Positions 46,159-57,356 are shown, counted from the first letter of the stretch. The stretch is 64,000 nt of DNA from Desulfurococcales archaeon (GCA_027022365.1 JALVYU010000031.1:64001-128000); one strand, 5' to 3'. A program made the numbers and translations. The notes: generated by a model from the letters alone, not told the origin.

Positions 46159-49065
46159 TTGCACCGAGCAGATTTCCTAGAACATCTAAGGATGATCGAG
46201 GCTAAATGGCAGAAGAGATGGACGGAGGACCGTGTATTCGAGCCTCGGCCCGAGGAGGGCAAGGAGAAATACTTCATCACGGTTCCCTACCCATATACTA
46301 ATGGCCCACTGCACATTGGTCATGGGAGAACCTATACCATAGGAGATATTGTGGCTAGGTATAAGAGGCTCAGAGGATATAATGTCCTGTTCCCTATGGC
46401 TTTCCATATCACGGGCACCCCGATCATAGCTATATCTGAGAGGATAAGCCGGGGCGATGAAAAGGTAATCCAGATGTACAAGCACTATGTAGGTGTATAC
46501 GTTAGTGATGAGGAGAAAATAGATGAAATAGTCAAGGAGTTCAAGGATCCCCTAAGACTAGCCACTTTCTTCGCTGAGAGAATACATAGCGACTTCTCAG
46601 CACTAGGATATAGCATTGATTGGAGACGGAAATTCCACACCGGTGAACCAATATATAACGCTTTCGTCACATGGCAGTTCCTAAGACTAAGAGACTTGGG
46701 CCTAATTACTCAGGGAGACCACGTGGTAACATACTGTCTGCTCCACAGACAACCCGAGGGAGAAGACGATATCAAAGACGCCGACACTAATCCCGTCGAG
46801 ATCCTCGAGTTCACGGCCATAAAGTTCGAGCTAGCGGATGAGCCGAGGACTTATCTTGTGGCCGCTACCCTCAGGCCTGAAACGATATTCGGTGCCACGA
46901 ACTTGTGGGTGAACCCTGATGCCATGTATGTGGTTGTGGAGTGGAGGGGTGAAAAGATAATATTATCGGATGAGGCTCTCGTCAAGCTACGGCACCAGCA
47001 CCCCGAGGACGAGATCAAGGAGCTGAAAAAGCTCAGGGGAAGAGAGCTGGTAGGTAAGATTGTCTACTCGCCTCTCGGGACAAAGCTCTATGTACTCCCG
47101 GCCAGGTTTGTTGACCCGGATAACGCGACTGGAGTGGTCTACTCCGAGCCGAGCGATGCCCCATACGACTATGTAGCGCTTATGGAGCTCAAGAAGAACA
47201 AGGAGATCCTGAGAGAATATGGTCTCGACCCTGCGATAATGGATTCAATAGAGCCCATAAAGATCATTGATGTCCCGGGAATAGAGGGTCACCATGCCGC
47301 TAAAGTTGTTGAGGAAATGGGTATAAGCAGACAGGATGATGCCAGGCTGGAGGAAGCGACGAAGAAGGTGTATAGGGAGCAGTACTATCGCGGCAAGATG
47401 ATCGTTGAGCATCCCGAGTTCCGTGGAATGCCTGTTAAAGAGGCAAAGGACAAGGTAAGATCATGGCTGATCAGGAACGGCTTTGCCTTCATATTCTATG
47501 AGCTAAACAGGAAGGCAGTATGCAGGGCTGGCGGAAAGATAATCGTTGCCAAGATAAAGGGGCAGTGGTTCATAGACTACAGTGTGCCGTGGTGGAAGGA
47601 AAGAGCGAGAAAATACCTCACGGAAATAGTCAAGATACTGCCCGAGAAATACAGGAAGGCTTTCCTAGACATAGTTGACTGGATAGAGAAGAGGCCATGT
47701 GCACGTAGGAGAGGCTTAGGGACAAGACTACCATTTGACCCGGAATGGATTATCGAGAGCTTATCGGACTCAACTATCTACATGGCGTTCTACACGATCG
47801 CCCACATAATTAGGCGGGAGAACATAAAGCCTGAACAACTCAAACCAGAGTTCTTCGACTACGTCTTCCTAGGCAAGGGAGAACCAGAGAGGGTAGCTGC
47901 CGAGACAAGGATATCGAGGGAGACAATAGAGGAGATGAGGAGAGAATTCACCTACTGGTACCCTGTGGATCAGAGGCACACGGGAATAGCGCATATAAGT
48001 AATCATCTCACGTTCTTCATATTTCATCACCTCGCATTATTCCCTGAACACCACTGGCCACGCATGATATCCCTGAACGAGATGGTGATACGTGAAGGAG
48101 TAAAGATGAGTAAGAGTAAGGGCAACGTAATACTTCTGAGAGACATCGTGACCAAGTACAGTGCCGACCTCTTCCGCCTTTATATAGCTGGAACGGCTAA
48201 TCTAGACTCAATACTAGACTGGCGCGAAGCAGAAGTATCAATGACAATAGATGCGTTGAGGAGGTTCTACAGCCTCTGCCTCAAAGCAGTAGAGGCCGAG
48301 CCCCTGGACAAGAGAGACAGGCTTATCGATAGATGGTTCTTCTCGAGATTCAACAAGATAATAGATGAAGCGGCAAAGCACCTAGACAAGATGGAGATCA
48401 GGGACTACGTCCAGACCATCTTCTACAAGGCCATGTCCATCATAGAGCACTACAGGGAGAGGACAAGCCAAGAAGAAGCCGTTAGAGCGGTAAGGGCGGT
48501 GCTCAACAAGTGGCTGGTAGCACTCAACCCTGTAATACCTCATCTCACCGAGGAGATAGGCGAGAAGCTCGGCTATAAACAGTACGTGTCCCTGATGAAG
48601 TGGCCTGAGCCGAGCAGTGAGGAATACGACGATGTAGCTGAGCTCATCGAGGACAGCATAGTGTCCTTCATTGACGATGTTAAGAACGTGCTTAACGTGA
48701 TAAAGGAGAAGCCAACAAAGATAACTATCGTCATAGCTGATCAGTGGAAGCGCGAACTAGCAAGGCTCGTGGAGGAAAACAAGTCTCTGAGAGAGACAAT
48801 ACGGATTCTGAGGGATAAGTACGGGCTACGTGGTAAGGAGAAAGAGATTGTTGCTGCCTACAATATGCTTAAGAAGAACAAGATACCGGGCTCGTGGCGT
48901 ATAGGGTTAGAGGAGGAGATGAAAGGCTATATGGAAGCTGCTAGCTATATTGCGAGGAAGACAGGGCTCGAGGTAGAGATACTGAGCGAGCAGGAGGCCA
49001 GGGCTAACGCTGTACCTAAGGCGGATAAAGCTCTTCCATTGAGGCCGGCCTTCTATATAAAGTAA
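46159..49065 (+). CDS. leuS: Leucine--tRNA ligase (archaeal type)
   Basis: HIGH and KMSKS; ATLRPET editing-domain motif; ESLSDSTIY; C-terminal KALPLRPAFY. Confidence 0.96.
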   Translation: MHRADFLEHLRMIEAKWQKRWTEDRVFEPRPEEGKEKYFITVPYPYTNGPLHIGHGRTYTIGDIVARYKRLRGYNVLFPMAFHITGTPIIAISERISRGDEKVIQMYKHYVGVYVSDEEKIDEIVKEFKDPLRLATFFAERIHSDFSALGYSIDWRRKFHTGEPIYNAFVTWQFLRLRDLGLITQGDHVVTYCLLHRQPEGEDDIKDADTNPVEILEFTAIKFELADEPRTYLVAATLRPETIFGATNLWVNPDAMYVVVEWRGEKIILSDEALVKLRHQHPEDEIKELKKLRGRELVGKIVYSPLGTKLYVLPARFVDPDNATGVVYSEPSDAPYDYVALMELKKNKEILREYGLDPAIMDSIEPIKIIDVPGIEGHHAAKVVEEMGISRQDDARLEEATKKVYREQYYRGKMIVEHPEFRGMPVKEAKDKVRSWLIRNGFAFIFYELNRKAVCRAGGKIIVAKIKGQWFIDYSVPWWKERARKYLTEIVKILPEKYRKAFLDIVDWIEKRPCARRRGLGTRLPFDPEWIIESLSDSTIYMAFYTIAHIIRRENIKPEQLKPEFFDYVFLGKGEPERVAAETRISRETIEEMRREFTYWYPVDQRHTGIAHISNHLTFFIFHHLALFPEHHWPRMISLNEMVIREGVKMSKSKGNVILLRDIVTKYSADLFRLYIAGTANLDSILDWREAEVSMTIDALRRFYSLCLKAVEAEPLDKRDRLIDRWFFSRFNKIIDEAAKHLDKMEIRDYVQTIFYKAMSIIEHYRERTSQEEAVRAVRAVLNKWLVALNPVIPHLTEEIGEKLGYKQYVSLMKWPEPSSEEYDDVAELIEDSIVSFIDDVKNVLNVIKEKPTKITIVIADQWKRELARLVEENKSLRETIRILRDKYGLRGKEKEIVAAYNMLKKNKIPGSWRIGLEEEMKGYMEAASYIARKTGLEVEILSEQEARANAVPKADKALPLRPAFYIK

Positions 49066-49193
49066 CATATTTTGTTAAAGAATTTTATACAGATTACCAG
49101 TTTCTTTATCCCATTTCTTTCCCACATCACAGAATTTAATACCTCCTTAAAAAATTATAGATACACGAACAGTAGCTGGGAGGCTGAGCTGAA

Positions 49194-50423
49194 ATGATAA
49201 GGATGATCAGGCTCCGCCGGCTACTGGTGAGAAGAGCAGACATATTGACCTTTGTCGTAGGATTCGCTATTGGAGCAGGCATACTGGGACTACCAGTAAA
49301 ATTCGGTACAAGCGGGGCAGGCTTCCTGCCCAGCGTAGCCATGCTTATACTGGCGCTGACATTCCAGATAATAACGGCCGTATACGTTGTCGAGGGACTA
49401 GACGTTCTCGGCCCTTCAGAGTATCCTAAGCTCATGGAGAAAGGGCTCGGGAAATGGGCGGCTATAACGGCCTATATAACTATAGCAATAGACCTCATAG
49501 GAGCTATGACTGCATACATAATATTCGGCGGGGAGGCAATCTATACTCTCAGTCACGCCTGGATAGCTGTATGGCTCGGCATGATAATCTACTGGATAAT
49601 AGGTGTAGCGATCACGATAGGTGGGGCGAAAATAATAGCCAGAGCGGAAGAAACGATGGTCGCTATAATAATCCTACTACTATTCATAAACGTGTTTCTA
49701 TGCCTATCAACACCCTATGTGAACATAAACAATCTGCTCTGGGGAGACTGGAGCAAGATGTTTAGCGTCTTCGGCATAGTGTTGTTCGCCTACGCAATAC
49801 ATTCTGCAATACCAACGGCTTACAGGACTTTCGGAATGGATGAACGCTACGACAGGCTCTTATCCCTCGGCCTAACGATATCGGCGGTAGTCTATATTAT
49901 ATGGTCGGCGGCATACATGTCTATACTAACACCACAGGACTATACGAGGACATTTGTCGGCGCACTCACAGGGAAAGTACACCATGGCCTCTACGGATTA
50001 CCAGCACCAATAGCTGTTGCTGAGCTAGGCAAACTCAAGGTGGCGGCACTACTAGGCTATATCTTCGGATTCTTCACAACACTTACAAGCTTCATCGCGG
50101 CAGCGCATGCGTTGACGCAGATAAATCTCGAACTAACAAAAGCTGGGTCGAGACGTAATATGAATTTAGTATTACTACTAACCTGTATCATACCATTGGT
50201 TCTCGCACTTCTCAGGCTGGGAAGCTTCATACAGTGGCTTAACTTCGCTGGAGCGATCGGAGCGGGAATATTCACGGGGATACTACCATGTCTACTGGCG
50301 CTGAAATTCAGGATAAAGAAGCCGGAAGGCTTCAAACCACTTATGCCGGGAGGAATACCGGTCGTGATCATTACTCTGCTGTTCTACGCCTACGGCATAG
50401 CCTGGTTCCTTATCCACGGCTAA
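49194..50423 (+). CDS. Aromatic amino acid transporter family (HAAAP/APC) protein
   Basis: GFAIGAGILGLP, FAYAIHSAIP, TSFI; about 11 TM helices. Confidence 0.88.
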   Translation: MIRMIRLRRLLVRRADILTFVVGFAIGAGILGLPVKFGTSGAGFLPSVAMLILALTFQIITAVYVVEGLDVLGPSEYPKLMEKGLGKWAAITAYITIAIDLIGAMTAYIIFGGEAIYTLSHAWIAVWLGMIIYWIIGVAITIGGAKIIARAEETMVAIIILLLFINVFLCLSTPYVNINNLLWGDWSKMFSVFGIVLFAYAIHSAIPTAYRTFGMDERYDRLLSLGLTISAVVYIIWSAAYMSILTPQDYTRTFVGALTGKVHHGLYGLPAPIAVAELGKLKVAALLGYIFGFFTTLTSFIAAAHALTQINLELTKAGSRRNMNLVLLLTCIIPLVLALLRLGSFIQWLNFAGAIGAGIFTGILPCLLALKFRIKKPEGFKPLMPGGIPVVIITLLFYAYGIAWFLIHG

Positions 50424-51634
50424 AGGATGCTCGCACCGATCATAATGATTATGAGGCTAGTGATGATCTGTATTGACCGGAGAAGTCTTGCCGGGATTTT
50501 TTCCATTAATCCCCTCCTGCCCAGGACACCCAGGACAACGTACGTAATGATCAGTGGAAGCAAAAATATCGCTACATAAATTGGTAGAAGAAGATATGCT
50601 AGGCCGGGCATATTTGTCTTCAGTACAGCTATAAAGGCCACGAGAGGCCCGCTCGTACACGGGAGGAGGACAGACACGCTTATCAGCGAGAGTATGAGAG
50701 CCATAACGTACGGATTACCCATAGCCTTGCCGAGGCCCGATAATTTGTCGCAGACCCTGCACTTGTACTCCTCACCGCCTCTTACAACGTCGAGTATATT
50801 GTATGCGCCGAGAATAATCGCGAGCAGGCCAAGTATTTTCTGCGGAATATACATTGAAAGATAGAATAGGCCAAGACCGATGACAAGGTAGCCAGAATAA
50901 ACAATGGCGAGGAATAGGAGGCCCGGCCCGACCACTCTCTTCTTCATCGAGAGCTCTCCAAGGAGGAACAAGCCGTAGATGGTCAATGTACATGGATTGA
51001 CGCTGTCGAGTAGTGCGAGGAAAACCATTAGACCCAGGAGCTCTGGCAAACCTATGGTAGCGGCCCTACCAGCTGCTCCAGCGGGAGACCATTCTATCGA
51101 TGCATTGCTGGATGAAATAGTTGCTGGGCAAACGGTAGCTGCTCCTAATGGATGGTATGGTGCATAGTATGATACAAAGCCGTGCTGGCCCAGCCTAGAA
51201 GCATTGATATAGCCTATAATCATTCCACCCGTATATACTGGTATCTTGTCCGAGGGATTAGTGTGTAAGAGGCTATCAAAGAAGGTCTTGTTCTCGTACT
51301 CGCCGATAACTATGGCGGAAGCCGTGTCGTTGTACACGACGATGATGAATGGGACGCCTAGAACGAGGCCCGTATTGGAGAAATCCTCGAGTTTCCTGAA
51401 ACAAGGATTATCCATTGTTTCCGGTAGGATGTTGCAGAAAACAACGTGGTCCTCGCCATAAGTCTTGGACAGGAATTCATGCATAGCTATGCAGTGCGGG
51501 CAGGTGTTCTCACCATAGATATAGAAGTAGTAGAGCGGGGTTCTCGATGCCCCAAAGACTAGGGTTATTGAGGGGATCAGAATTAAGAGGAGAAGAGGAA
51601 TAAACAGTATTGTTCTTCTCGGCATTGTCTTCAA
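50420..51634 (-). CDS. Thioredoxin-fold (CPHC) plus CcdA/DsbD-like membrane protein
   Basis: Signal/TM, CPHC, DSVNPC and LPCTSGP membrane cysteine pair. Confidence 0.85.
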   Translation of the reverse strand: MKTMPRRTILFIPLLLLILIPSITLVFGASRTPLYYFYIYGENTCPHCIAMHEFLSKTYGEDHVVFCNILPETMDNPCFRKLEDFSNTGLVLGVPFIIVVYNDTASAIVIGEYENKTFFDSLLHTNPSDKIPVYTGGMIIGYINASRLGQHGFVSYYAPYHPLGAATVCPATISSSNASIEWSPAGAAGRAATIGLPELLGLMVFLALLDSVNPCTLTIYGLFLLGELSMKKRVVGPGLLFLAIVYSGYLVIGLGLFYLSMYIPQKILGLLAIILGAYNILDVVRGGEEYKCRVCDKLSGLGKAMGNPYVMALILSLISVSVLLPCTSGPLVAFIAVLKTNMPGLAYLLLPIYVAIFLLPLIITYVVLGVLGRRGLMEKIPARLLRSIQIITSLIIIMIGASIL

Positions 51635-51649
51635 GTATTATTCACCGGT

Positions 51650-52651
51650 TTAGGCGTAGAGGTAGATCATGGCCAGTATTAGCGCCACTATTGCAGGTAT
51701 TAGCGCGTACTTGAATATAGTATTGAGTGCCTGCTCTATCCTATACCTACCGAAAGCGTTCTTGATAATGGTAGCCACAGTTACTACCGCCATATATTTT
51801 ATGATCAGCAGTACTATGCCTGGAACGCTTAGGTGAGGGAATGGATAGGGGCCTCCAAGGATCAAGTACGTTATAGCTATCGCTGTTACCGCGATGTCCA
51901 TGTCGTGCATGAGGCTTGCGAGTCCTAGTAGGGGGCCGGAGAACTCGGTCTCATAACCAGCAATTATCTCCTGCTCGGCCTCCGGGATGTTGAATGGCTG
52001 GAACATCGCCTTGGCCTGTAGCACGACTATTGCTGCTACTAGGCTCAGAACCATAACCGGTAATAACACTGGGTTGGCCCAGCAGTATATTACGTTCTTG
52101 CTCGCTTCAAGCACACTGTAGGGGATCCCCGTCCTAGCGGAGGCGAGTGCTACAGGGGCTAAGAGGGCTGCGAAGAAGCTAGGCTCTATCAACGTTATAA
52201 ATGTTAACAGCCTCGACACACCAGTGCTCGTGTATGGGCCTGGCATTGACAGGCTCATTATGAGCATACTCAGCGGGACCCAGAGGCTCACAAGATATAT
52301 GAATACCAGGAAGTCATAGGGGCCGGTCACATGGTACGGGCTCAGCGGAAACAATAGTAGACTGACGACTAGAGCGGATATTCCCAGCAATCCGAAGAAC
52401 TGCGCGAGGCTCGGCAAGCTATACTTGTTCACAGCCATCTCCTTAACATGTATTAGCTTCCATAGATCCATGAGGGGCTGCAGCAAGCCCGCCGGCCCAA
52501 CATAAGTCGGGCCCATACGGTTCTGTAGCCTCCCACTGAGCTTACGGTAATACCACTGGGTGAACAGCGATAGGCTTATCAAGAACAATATGCCCGGGAA
52601 TACGAGTATGCTTACTGCGAGCATTATCCATTCGATCATGGCTATCACCAT
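51650..52651 (-). CDS. Membrane-bound hydrogenase subunit, NuoH/MbhM-like
   Basis: RLQNRMGP, LQPLMDLWKL, PFNIPEAEQEI.AGYETEFSG. Confidence 0.92.
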   Translation of the reverse strand: MVIAMIEWIMLAVSILVFPGILFLISLSLFTQWYYRKLSGRLQNRMGPTYVGPAGLLQPLMDLWKLIHVKEMAVNKYSLPSLAQFFGLLGISALVVSLLLFPLSPYHVTGPYDFLVFIYLVSLWVPLSMLIMSLSMPGPYTSTGVSRLLTFITLIEPSFFAALLAPVALASARTGIPYSVLEASKNVIYCWANPVLLPVMVLSLVAAIVVLQAKAMFQPFNIPEAEQEIIAGYETEFSGPLLGLASLMHDMDIAVTAIAITYLILGGPYPFPHLSVPGIVLLIIKYMAVVTVATIIKNAFGRYRIEQALNTIFKYALIPAIVALILAMIYLYA

Positions 52652-53001
52652 TTCAACAAGTATATTATCCCGACTATGATCGCTATAATGAGGAGCAAGC
52701 CATACCAGCCCGCCATGAAGTTAACCCAGTCCTGTAGATTACCGGTGTGGACCTTGTCTCTCAACTGCTTGTATAATCCGTAGGCAAACTTCTTCAGGAA
52801 CCCCCAATAGAGATTGGCGGGGCTCGGGCTTGGCTTGTTGACAATACTCTCCGGCTCACCGGACAGGTAGACATCCGTCCTTCTGACACGATTGTTTCTA
52901 ACGGCAAGATATATGAGTGCAAGCACTCCGAAGACAACCCACATGAGCAGGCTCAGGACCAGGGCAACTGTACCGGGATCACCCGCCATTAGCCCATACA
53001 C
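52645..53001 (-). CDS. MbhI-like small membrane subunit
   Basis: YLSGE...LYWGF...HTGNLQDWV. Confidence 0.75.
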   Translation of the reverse strand: MYGLMAGDPGTVALVLSLLMWVVFGVLALIYLAVRNNRVRRTDVYLSGEPESIVNKPSPSPANLYWGFLKKFAYGLYKQLRDKVHTGNLQDWVNFMAGWYGLLLIIAIIVGIIYLLKW

Positions 53002-53007
53002 GGATTA

Positions 53008-54615
53008 TCACCTCCCAAGCAATGCATGGAAAGCCCTTACGAAGGCCTCCTGGTACTCCCTCACACCAGGGCCTATGAGAGAGGAGTTAGCCACATGTAT
53101 AAGGCCCTGGCTGATCCACGGGTAGAGGACTCCGAGTAGTATTAGGCCGACAGCCATTAGGGCTAGCATGTAGTGGATGCCGTGGAGCTTTATCTCACGA
53201 TGCTCCCTTGTTGGTGTAGCGAATACCACACTGTACATCGCCTTAGCGTATCCCAGGACACTAATGGCGGATACAACGATCACCGCTAGGGCTGGAACTA
53301 GCATGCCAGCATCCATGAAGGCCTGGTAAAGCATAAGCTTGCTGAAGAACCCTCCAAGAGGCAGAAGACCCATCAGGCTCAGGAAGCCGATTATGAAGGA
53401 GGCACTGACCAACGGGTACTTCCTGCCAACACCGGCTAGTCCATCGAGATCCCTCGTCCCCGCACTATCGATAAATACCCCGCTCGACATGAAGAGCAAC
53501 GCTTTGCCCAGCCCATGGGTAAGCACATGATACGTCATCGCGGCAAGACCCAGAGCCACGGCCGCCTGTGGCACACCGCTCATACCTATGGCTAGAGCCA
53601 TGTACAAGAGCCCGGTATGGCTTACAGTGCTGTATGCAAGCAGTCTCTTCAAGTCTTTCTGCGCCATCATCATTATAGCTCCTATGAAGGCGCCCGCAAA
53701 CCCCATAATGAATAATGCTGTAAGCACTGCGTCGCGATAATATGGTGCAATCATGCTGGCCGGCCCGAATATCGTGTACATGAACCTGGCAACAGCATAA
53801 ACACCGATATTAACAACAAGACCTGAAAGAGCTGCAGAGACAGGTGTCGGGGCCTCCGGGTGTGCGTCGGGGAGCCAGAAGTGATTGGGGAACAACGCCG
53901 ACTTATATGTAAACACCCATAAGGCGAGGCTAACGGCTAGGAGGGTTGCAACCCCTATGCTGGCAATGAGGTCTGGTCTGCGATAATATATTTCGGCATT
54001 CAGTAGTGATAGCTGGCCCATGTTCAGTGTGCCGTATACACCGTAGATGATAACTAGGCCGATGAAGTATAGTGTGGTAGCAGTTGCTCCGATGATACCA
54101 TATTTTATCGCTGCCTCTATCGCTTCTCCCCTGTTCTTATGGTACGCTACCAGCGCGTAGGCAGATATGCCTAGAACCTCTATCATTACGAACAAGTTGA
54201 AGGCATCACCAGTGTATAGGCATCCCAGCATTCCTGCTTCTAGGCCTATTAATAGTATGTAGTACCATTCTGGCTCGTCGAAGTGCCTATTATACCATAG
54301 GCTATAGATTGTTATCAGGACCATTATCCATGCAGTGAACACGGCTATTACAGCATTGAACGGGTCAACTTCATAGCTTATACCTATTGGGGGCGGCCAG
54401 CCGCCGAAACCGTAGACTATATCCTTACCTGTGCTCCATACCACCGTGAAAATATAGGTAGACATGACCGCAGCGACAACGCTTGCTATGAGCGCCCATA
54501 TACCTGGGAACTTCTTCTCGCCGAAAACCTTTGCTAGCAATGGAAGCGTGAAAGCGAATACTGCCAGTAGAGGTACGACCGCGCCCGTTATGAGCTCAGG
54601 GATATTCCACGCCAT
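53008..54615 (-). CDS. MrpD/MbhH-like antiporter subunit
   Basis: GGWPPPIGI, DAFNLFVMIE, WLPDAHPEAP, KRLLAYS, GFFSK. Confidence 0.92.
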   Translation of the reverse strand: MAWNIPELITGAVVPLLAVFAFTLPLLAKVFGEKKFPGIWALIASVVAAVMSTYIFTVVWSTGKDIVYGFGGWPPPIGISYEVDPFNAVIAVFTAWIMVLITIYSLWYNRHFDEPEWYYILLIGLEAGMLGCLYTGDAFNLFVMIEVLGISAYALVAYHKNRGEAIEAAIKYGIIGATATTLYFIGLVIIYGVYGTLNMGQLSLLNAEIYYRRPDLIASIGVATLLAVSLALWVFTYKSALFPNHFWLPDAHPEAPTPVSAALSGLVVNIGVYAVARFMYTIFGPASMIAPYYRDAVLTALFIMGFAGAFIGAIMMMAQKDLKRLLAYSTVSHTGLLYMALAIGMSGVPQAAVALGLAAMTYHVLTHGLGKALLFMSSGVFIDSAGTRDLDGLAGVGRKYPLVSASFIIGFLSLMGLLPLGGFFSKLMLYQAFMDAGMLVPALAVIVVSAISVLGYAKAMYSVVFATPTREHREIKLHGIHYMLALMAVGLILLGVLYPWISQGLIHVANSSLIGPGVREYQEAFVRAFHALLGR

Positions 54616-54635
54616 AAATACTCACCCCGTCATGT

Positions 54636-55142
54636 TTAATCGAATACTTTCTTCGCGTATTCCTCGAAGGCGAGAGAGATCTTCTTTCTAGCTTCATACG
54701 GATCGGTTGTCTCAACATCGATCCAGTGAACGTAAAACATTTTCTTCTCAGGCTTAATGTCTACGACCACTGTTCCAGGAGTATTGGTTATTGAGTTGGC
54801 CACGGCGGTGACCGCATAATCGGTCTCGACATGGTACGGCACCCTAACTATTCCGGGCCTCACCGGCATTTTGGGATGCAGTATTCTATACATGACGTCC
54901 AAGTGGCTCTTGACTTCTGCTACGAAGAAATAGTATAACGCATATGCGATCAGATAAGCCCATCGAGCAGGGTTAAACACCTTGGATGGATTCTCAACAG
55001 TTACTGTAGCGAATAATCCTCCTACAACAAGGCTTACGGCTAGCCCTGTCACTATGTCATATGGTGTTACACTACCTGTGAAAACTATATACGCTATGAA
55101 CGCAAGCACTGTTACGACAAACCAGCTCAGCGGCTTGTTCAT
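54636..55142 (-). CDS. MrpE/MbhA-like subunit
   Basis: PGIVRVP...ANSITNTPGTVVVD...YVHWID. Confidence 0.92.
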   Translation of the reverse strand: MNKPLSWFVVTVLAFIAYIVFTGSVTPYDIVTGLAVSLVVGGLFATVTVENPSKVFNPARWAYLIAYALYYFFVAEVKSHLDVMYRILHPKMPVRPGIVRVPYHVETDYAVTAVANSITNTPGTVVVDIKPEKKMFYVHWIDVETTDPYEARKKISLAFEEYAKKVFD

Positions 55143-55149
55143 ACTATGA

Positions 55150-55557
55150 TCACCCCTTCAATTTCCTAATATCCCTCATATCGACGGACCTGTAGATCTT
55201 CCAAGCCTGTAGTGTCAGGAAAACAAGGAAAAGAGTGACAGCTAATCCTATAACGATAGCTGTGAGCACTAGCGCCTGTGGTAGGGGGTCGACAGCAGTC
55301 TTAGTAAATACAAGCAATAGTAATGGATTGTTGCTTCTCCACTCGGTGAAGACCGGCGGCCTCGACGGTACTCCCGCCACCCACATCCTATATCCTATGA
55401 TTAATGCGAATGTATTCGCAGTATCTCCCAGTATCGTCAACGCTATTATCTTCTTTATTAGATTCGGCTTGAAAAACACGCCATAGAGTGCGAGGCCTAG
55501 GTTTACTATCATACATGTTATTAGTATTGTCATGAAGTATTCGGACAACGTGATCAT
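55150..55557 (-). CDS. MrpC/MbhG-like subunit
   Basis: NLIKKIIAL, DPLPQALVLTAIVIG. Confidence 0.92.
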   Translation of the reverse strand: MITLSEYFMTILITCMIVNLGLALYGVFFKPNLIKKIIALTILGDTANTFALIIGYRMWVAGVPSRPPVFTEWRSNNPLLLLVFTKTAVDPLPQALVLTAIVIGLAVTLFLVFLTLQAWKIYRSVDMRDIRKLKG

Positions 55558-56381
55558 TTTTCTCCACCCTCCGCTGCGCGTTTTTCTTCCTTAGTCTCCG
55601 CCAGTTTCTCAGGAAGCGTTATCAGGAGGAAAACTATTGTGAAGCCAGCCGCTACAGCTAGGAACTCGAAGAAGTTGAAGAACCAGAGGCTGCCACTGAT
55701 GAGTTGGCCTCCCACGAATGCTGGCAAGGAAATGTTTGGGGCTAAGGGTTTTGGCTGGTTTTGTAGCACGAATGCATAGTGTCCTGTCGCCAATCCTATT
55801 AGTACCGCGGCGAAAGCTGTTATGCCTATACCTGTTAAGCCTATGCTTCTCAGAAGTAGCATCGAGTTCTTGTTGACGCCTCTCTTGAGGAGGTAGAACT
55901 GGCTGAAAACAACGAGTATGAGGACTGGTGCAACAGCTGCTGTTGCGCCTCCCTGGAATCCTCCACCAGGCGTTAGGTGTCCGTGGAGCGCTATGCTCCC
56001 GGCAACGGCTATGATTAGAACGGGCGCTATCTTCGTCACTGTTTTGACGATGAGACTAAGACCCGGTTCTCCCTTTATCTCCTTAGGTGGTTTTAACGGG
56101 ACTCCCCTGGCTAGGGCTATCGCCCCGATGATGGCTAGGTAGAACACCATTGTCTCGAACACTGTGTCGAGGCCACGGAAATCCCATACTATACTGGTAC
56201 ATGCCTCGGGAGACATTGCCGTGAAGTACTTATCCCACGGATAGTAGGTGTACTTCAAATATATCTCGGCTAGAGTCCTAACATTAGTTGATGGTAAAAG
56301 TACGTTGATATTAGCAGCTACCACGAATGATATGGCCAGTATTGTTAGTATGAGTACGCATATGCCTATCCAGTGCTTCAT
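55554..56381 (-). CDS. MrpB-like (fused MbhE/MbhF) subunit
   Basis: TSIVWDFRGLDTVFE and HGHLTPGGGFQGG. Confidence 0.9.
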   Translation of the reverse strand: MKHWIGICVLILTILAISFVVAANINVLLPSTNVRTLAEIYLKYTYYPWDKYFTAMSPEACTSIVWDFRGLDTVFETMVFYLAIIGAIALARGVPLKPPKEIKGEPGLSLIVKTVTKIAPVLIIAVAGSIALHGHLTPGGGFQGGATAAVAPVLILVVFSQFYLLKRGVNKNSMLLLRSIGLTGIGITAFAAVLIGLATGHYAFVLQNQPKPLAPNISLPAFVGGQLISGSLWFFNFFEFLAVAAGFTIVFLLITLPEKLAETKEEKRAAEGGEK

Positions 56382-56641
56382 GGTTTCTCCTCCCTCGTGG
56401 TCTTCTTGATCAAAGCAATAATTACGGCAGGGTATAGGCCGACGGCCACAGGTATATAGACAAGATCTATGTCTGGGGCCATGAGCATGTAGTAGATGAA
56501 AGCATAGATTGTGCTCTGAATAGCGCTGAAGATCACTGCTTTGAGCAGGTCTCTCTCCATTATAGCCATGTAAGTCGCTATAGTGGAGAATATAGCCGCC
56601 AACGCCGTTATTCCTAGGAGGAATGCTTCACCATAGCTCAT
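56378..56641 (-). CDS. MbhD-like (DUF4040) subunit
   Basis: DLLKAVI...LMAPD...AVG. Confidence 0.85.
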   Translation of the reverse strand: MSYGEAFLLGITALAAIFSTIATYMAIMERDLLKAVIFSAIQSTIYAFIYYMLMAPDIDLVYIPVAVGLYPAVIIALIKKTTREEKP

Positions 56642-57060
56642 TGGCTCTCACCCCCTTCTTCTCCTATTTCTTGTTTCTCTTGAGAAGTGGGCATGGATTC
56701 GTCTTCTTCAAGATGATCAACGACTTTAGGTTCCACCGGAACTATTCCTGAACGATGGGTTCCCCTTGCAAGAGCATGTGATCCGGCCGGGCCGAGTATA
56801 AGTATTATGAATGCTGTGATCAGAGCGCCGCCAGCCATGAACCATCTATATTCTCCTAAACACTCGCATCCAGCTGCGACGAAAGCTGCTCCTATTAACG
56901 GGAGGAAGGCCCCCCATATAGTGCCTATGGTAGCAGCATGTAATCTGAGGTAGAAGTTGGGGAACCTATTAATTCCTATGGCTGCTATCAAGTCTGCTAG
57001 TGCACCTATGCCTATCATGATCTCCCCGATAACGATAAGCACGATATCGAGTAGAGTCAT
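56638..57060 (-). CDS. MrpG/MbhC-like subunit
   Basis: RFPNFYLRLHAAT...P.GSHALAR. Confidence 0.92.
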   Translation of the reverse strand: MTLLDIVLIVIGEIMIGIGALADLIAAIGINRFPNFYLRLHAATIGTIWGAFLPLIGAAFVAAGCECLGEYRWFMAGGALITAFIILILGPAGSHALARGTHRSGIVPVEPKVVDHLEEDESMPTSQEKQEIGEEGGESQ

Positions 57061-57062
57061 GG

Positions 57063-57347
57063 CTACTCACCCAGCTCTTTTCCTTCGAGATACTTGGAAA
57101 CATATATGTCTAGGCTATAGATCCAGAGGGCGAGCGCTATCGCCACGGGTATAAGTATGGGTTGTTTGAAGTAAATGGCCAGGATGACAAGGAAAGCCGC
57201 AAGGTCATAGCTCATAGCGTCTATGGCTAGAACCATGTCGCTAATGCTTGGGCCGCGGAGAGCTCTGAGGGTGTACAGTACGAATGCTACTACGTAGATA
57301 GGCAGTATTGCGAGAATGAACATCTGTATCTCGGTCATCCCCGTCAC
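57063..57347 (-). CDS. MrpF/MbhB-like subunit
   Basis: RALRGPSISDMVLAID...KYLE. Confidence 0.9.
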   Translation of the reverse strand: MTGMTEIQMFILAILPIYVVAFVLYTLRALRGPSISDMVLAIDAMSYDLAAFLVILAIYFKQPILIPVAIALALWIYSLDIYVSKYLEGKELGE

Positions 57348-57356
57348 TGGGACGCC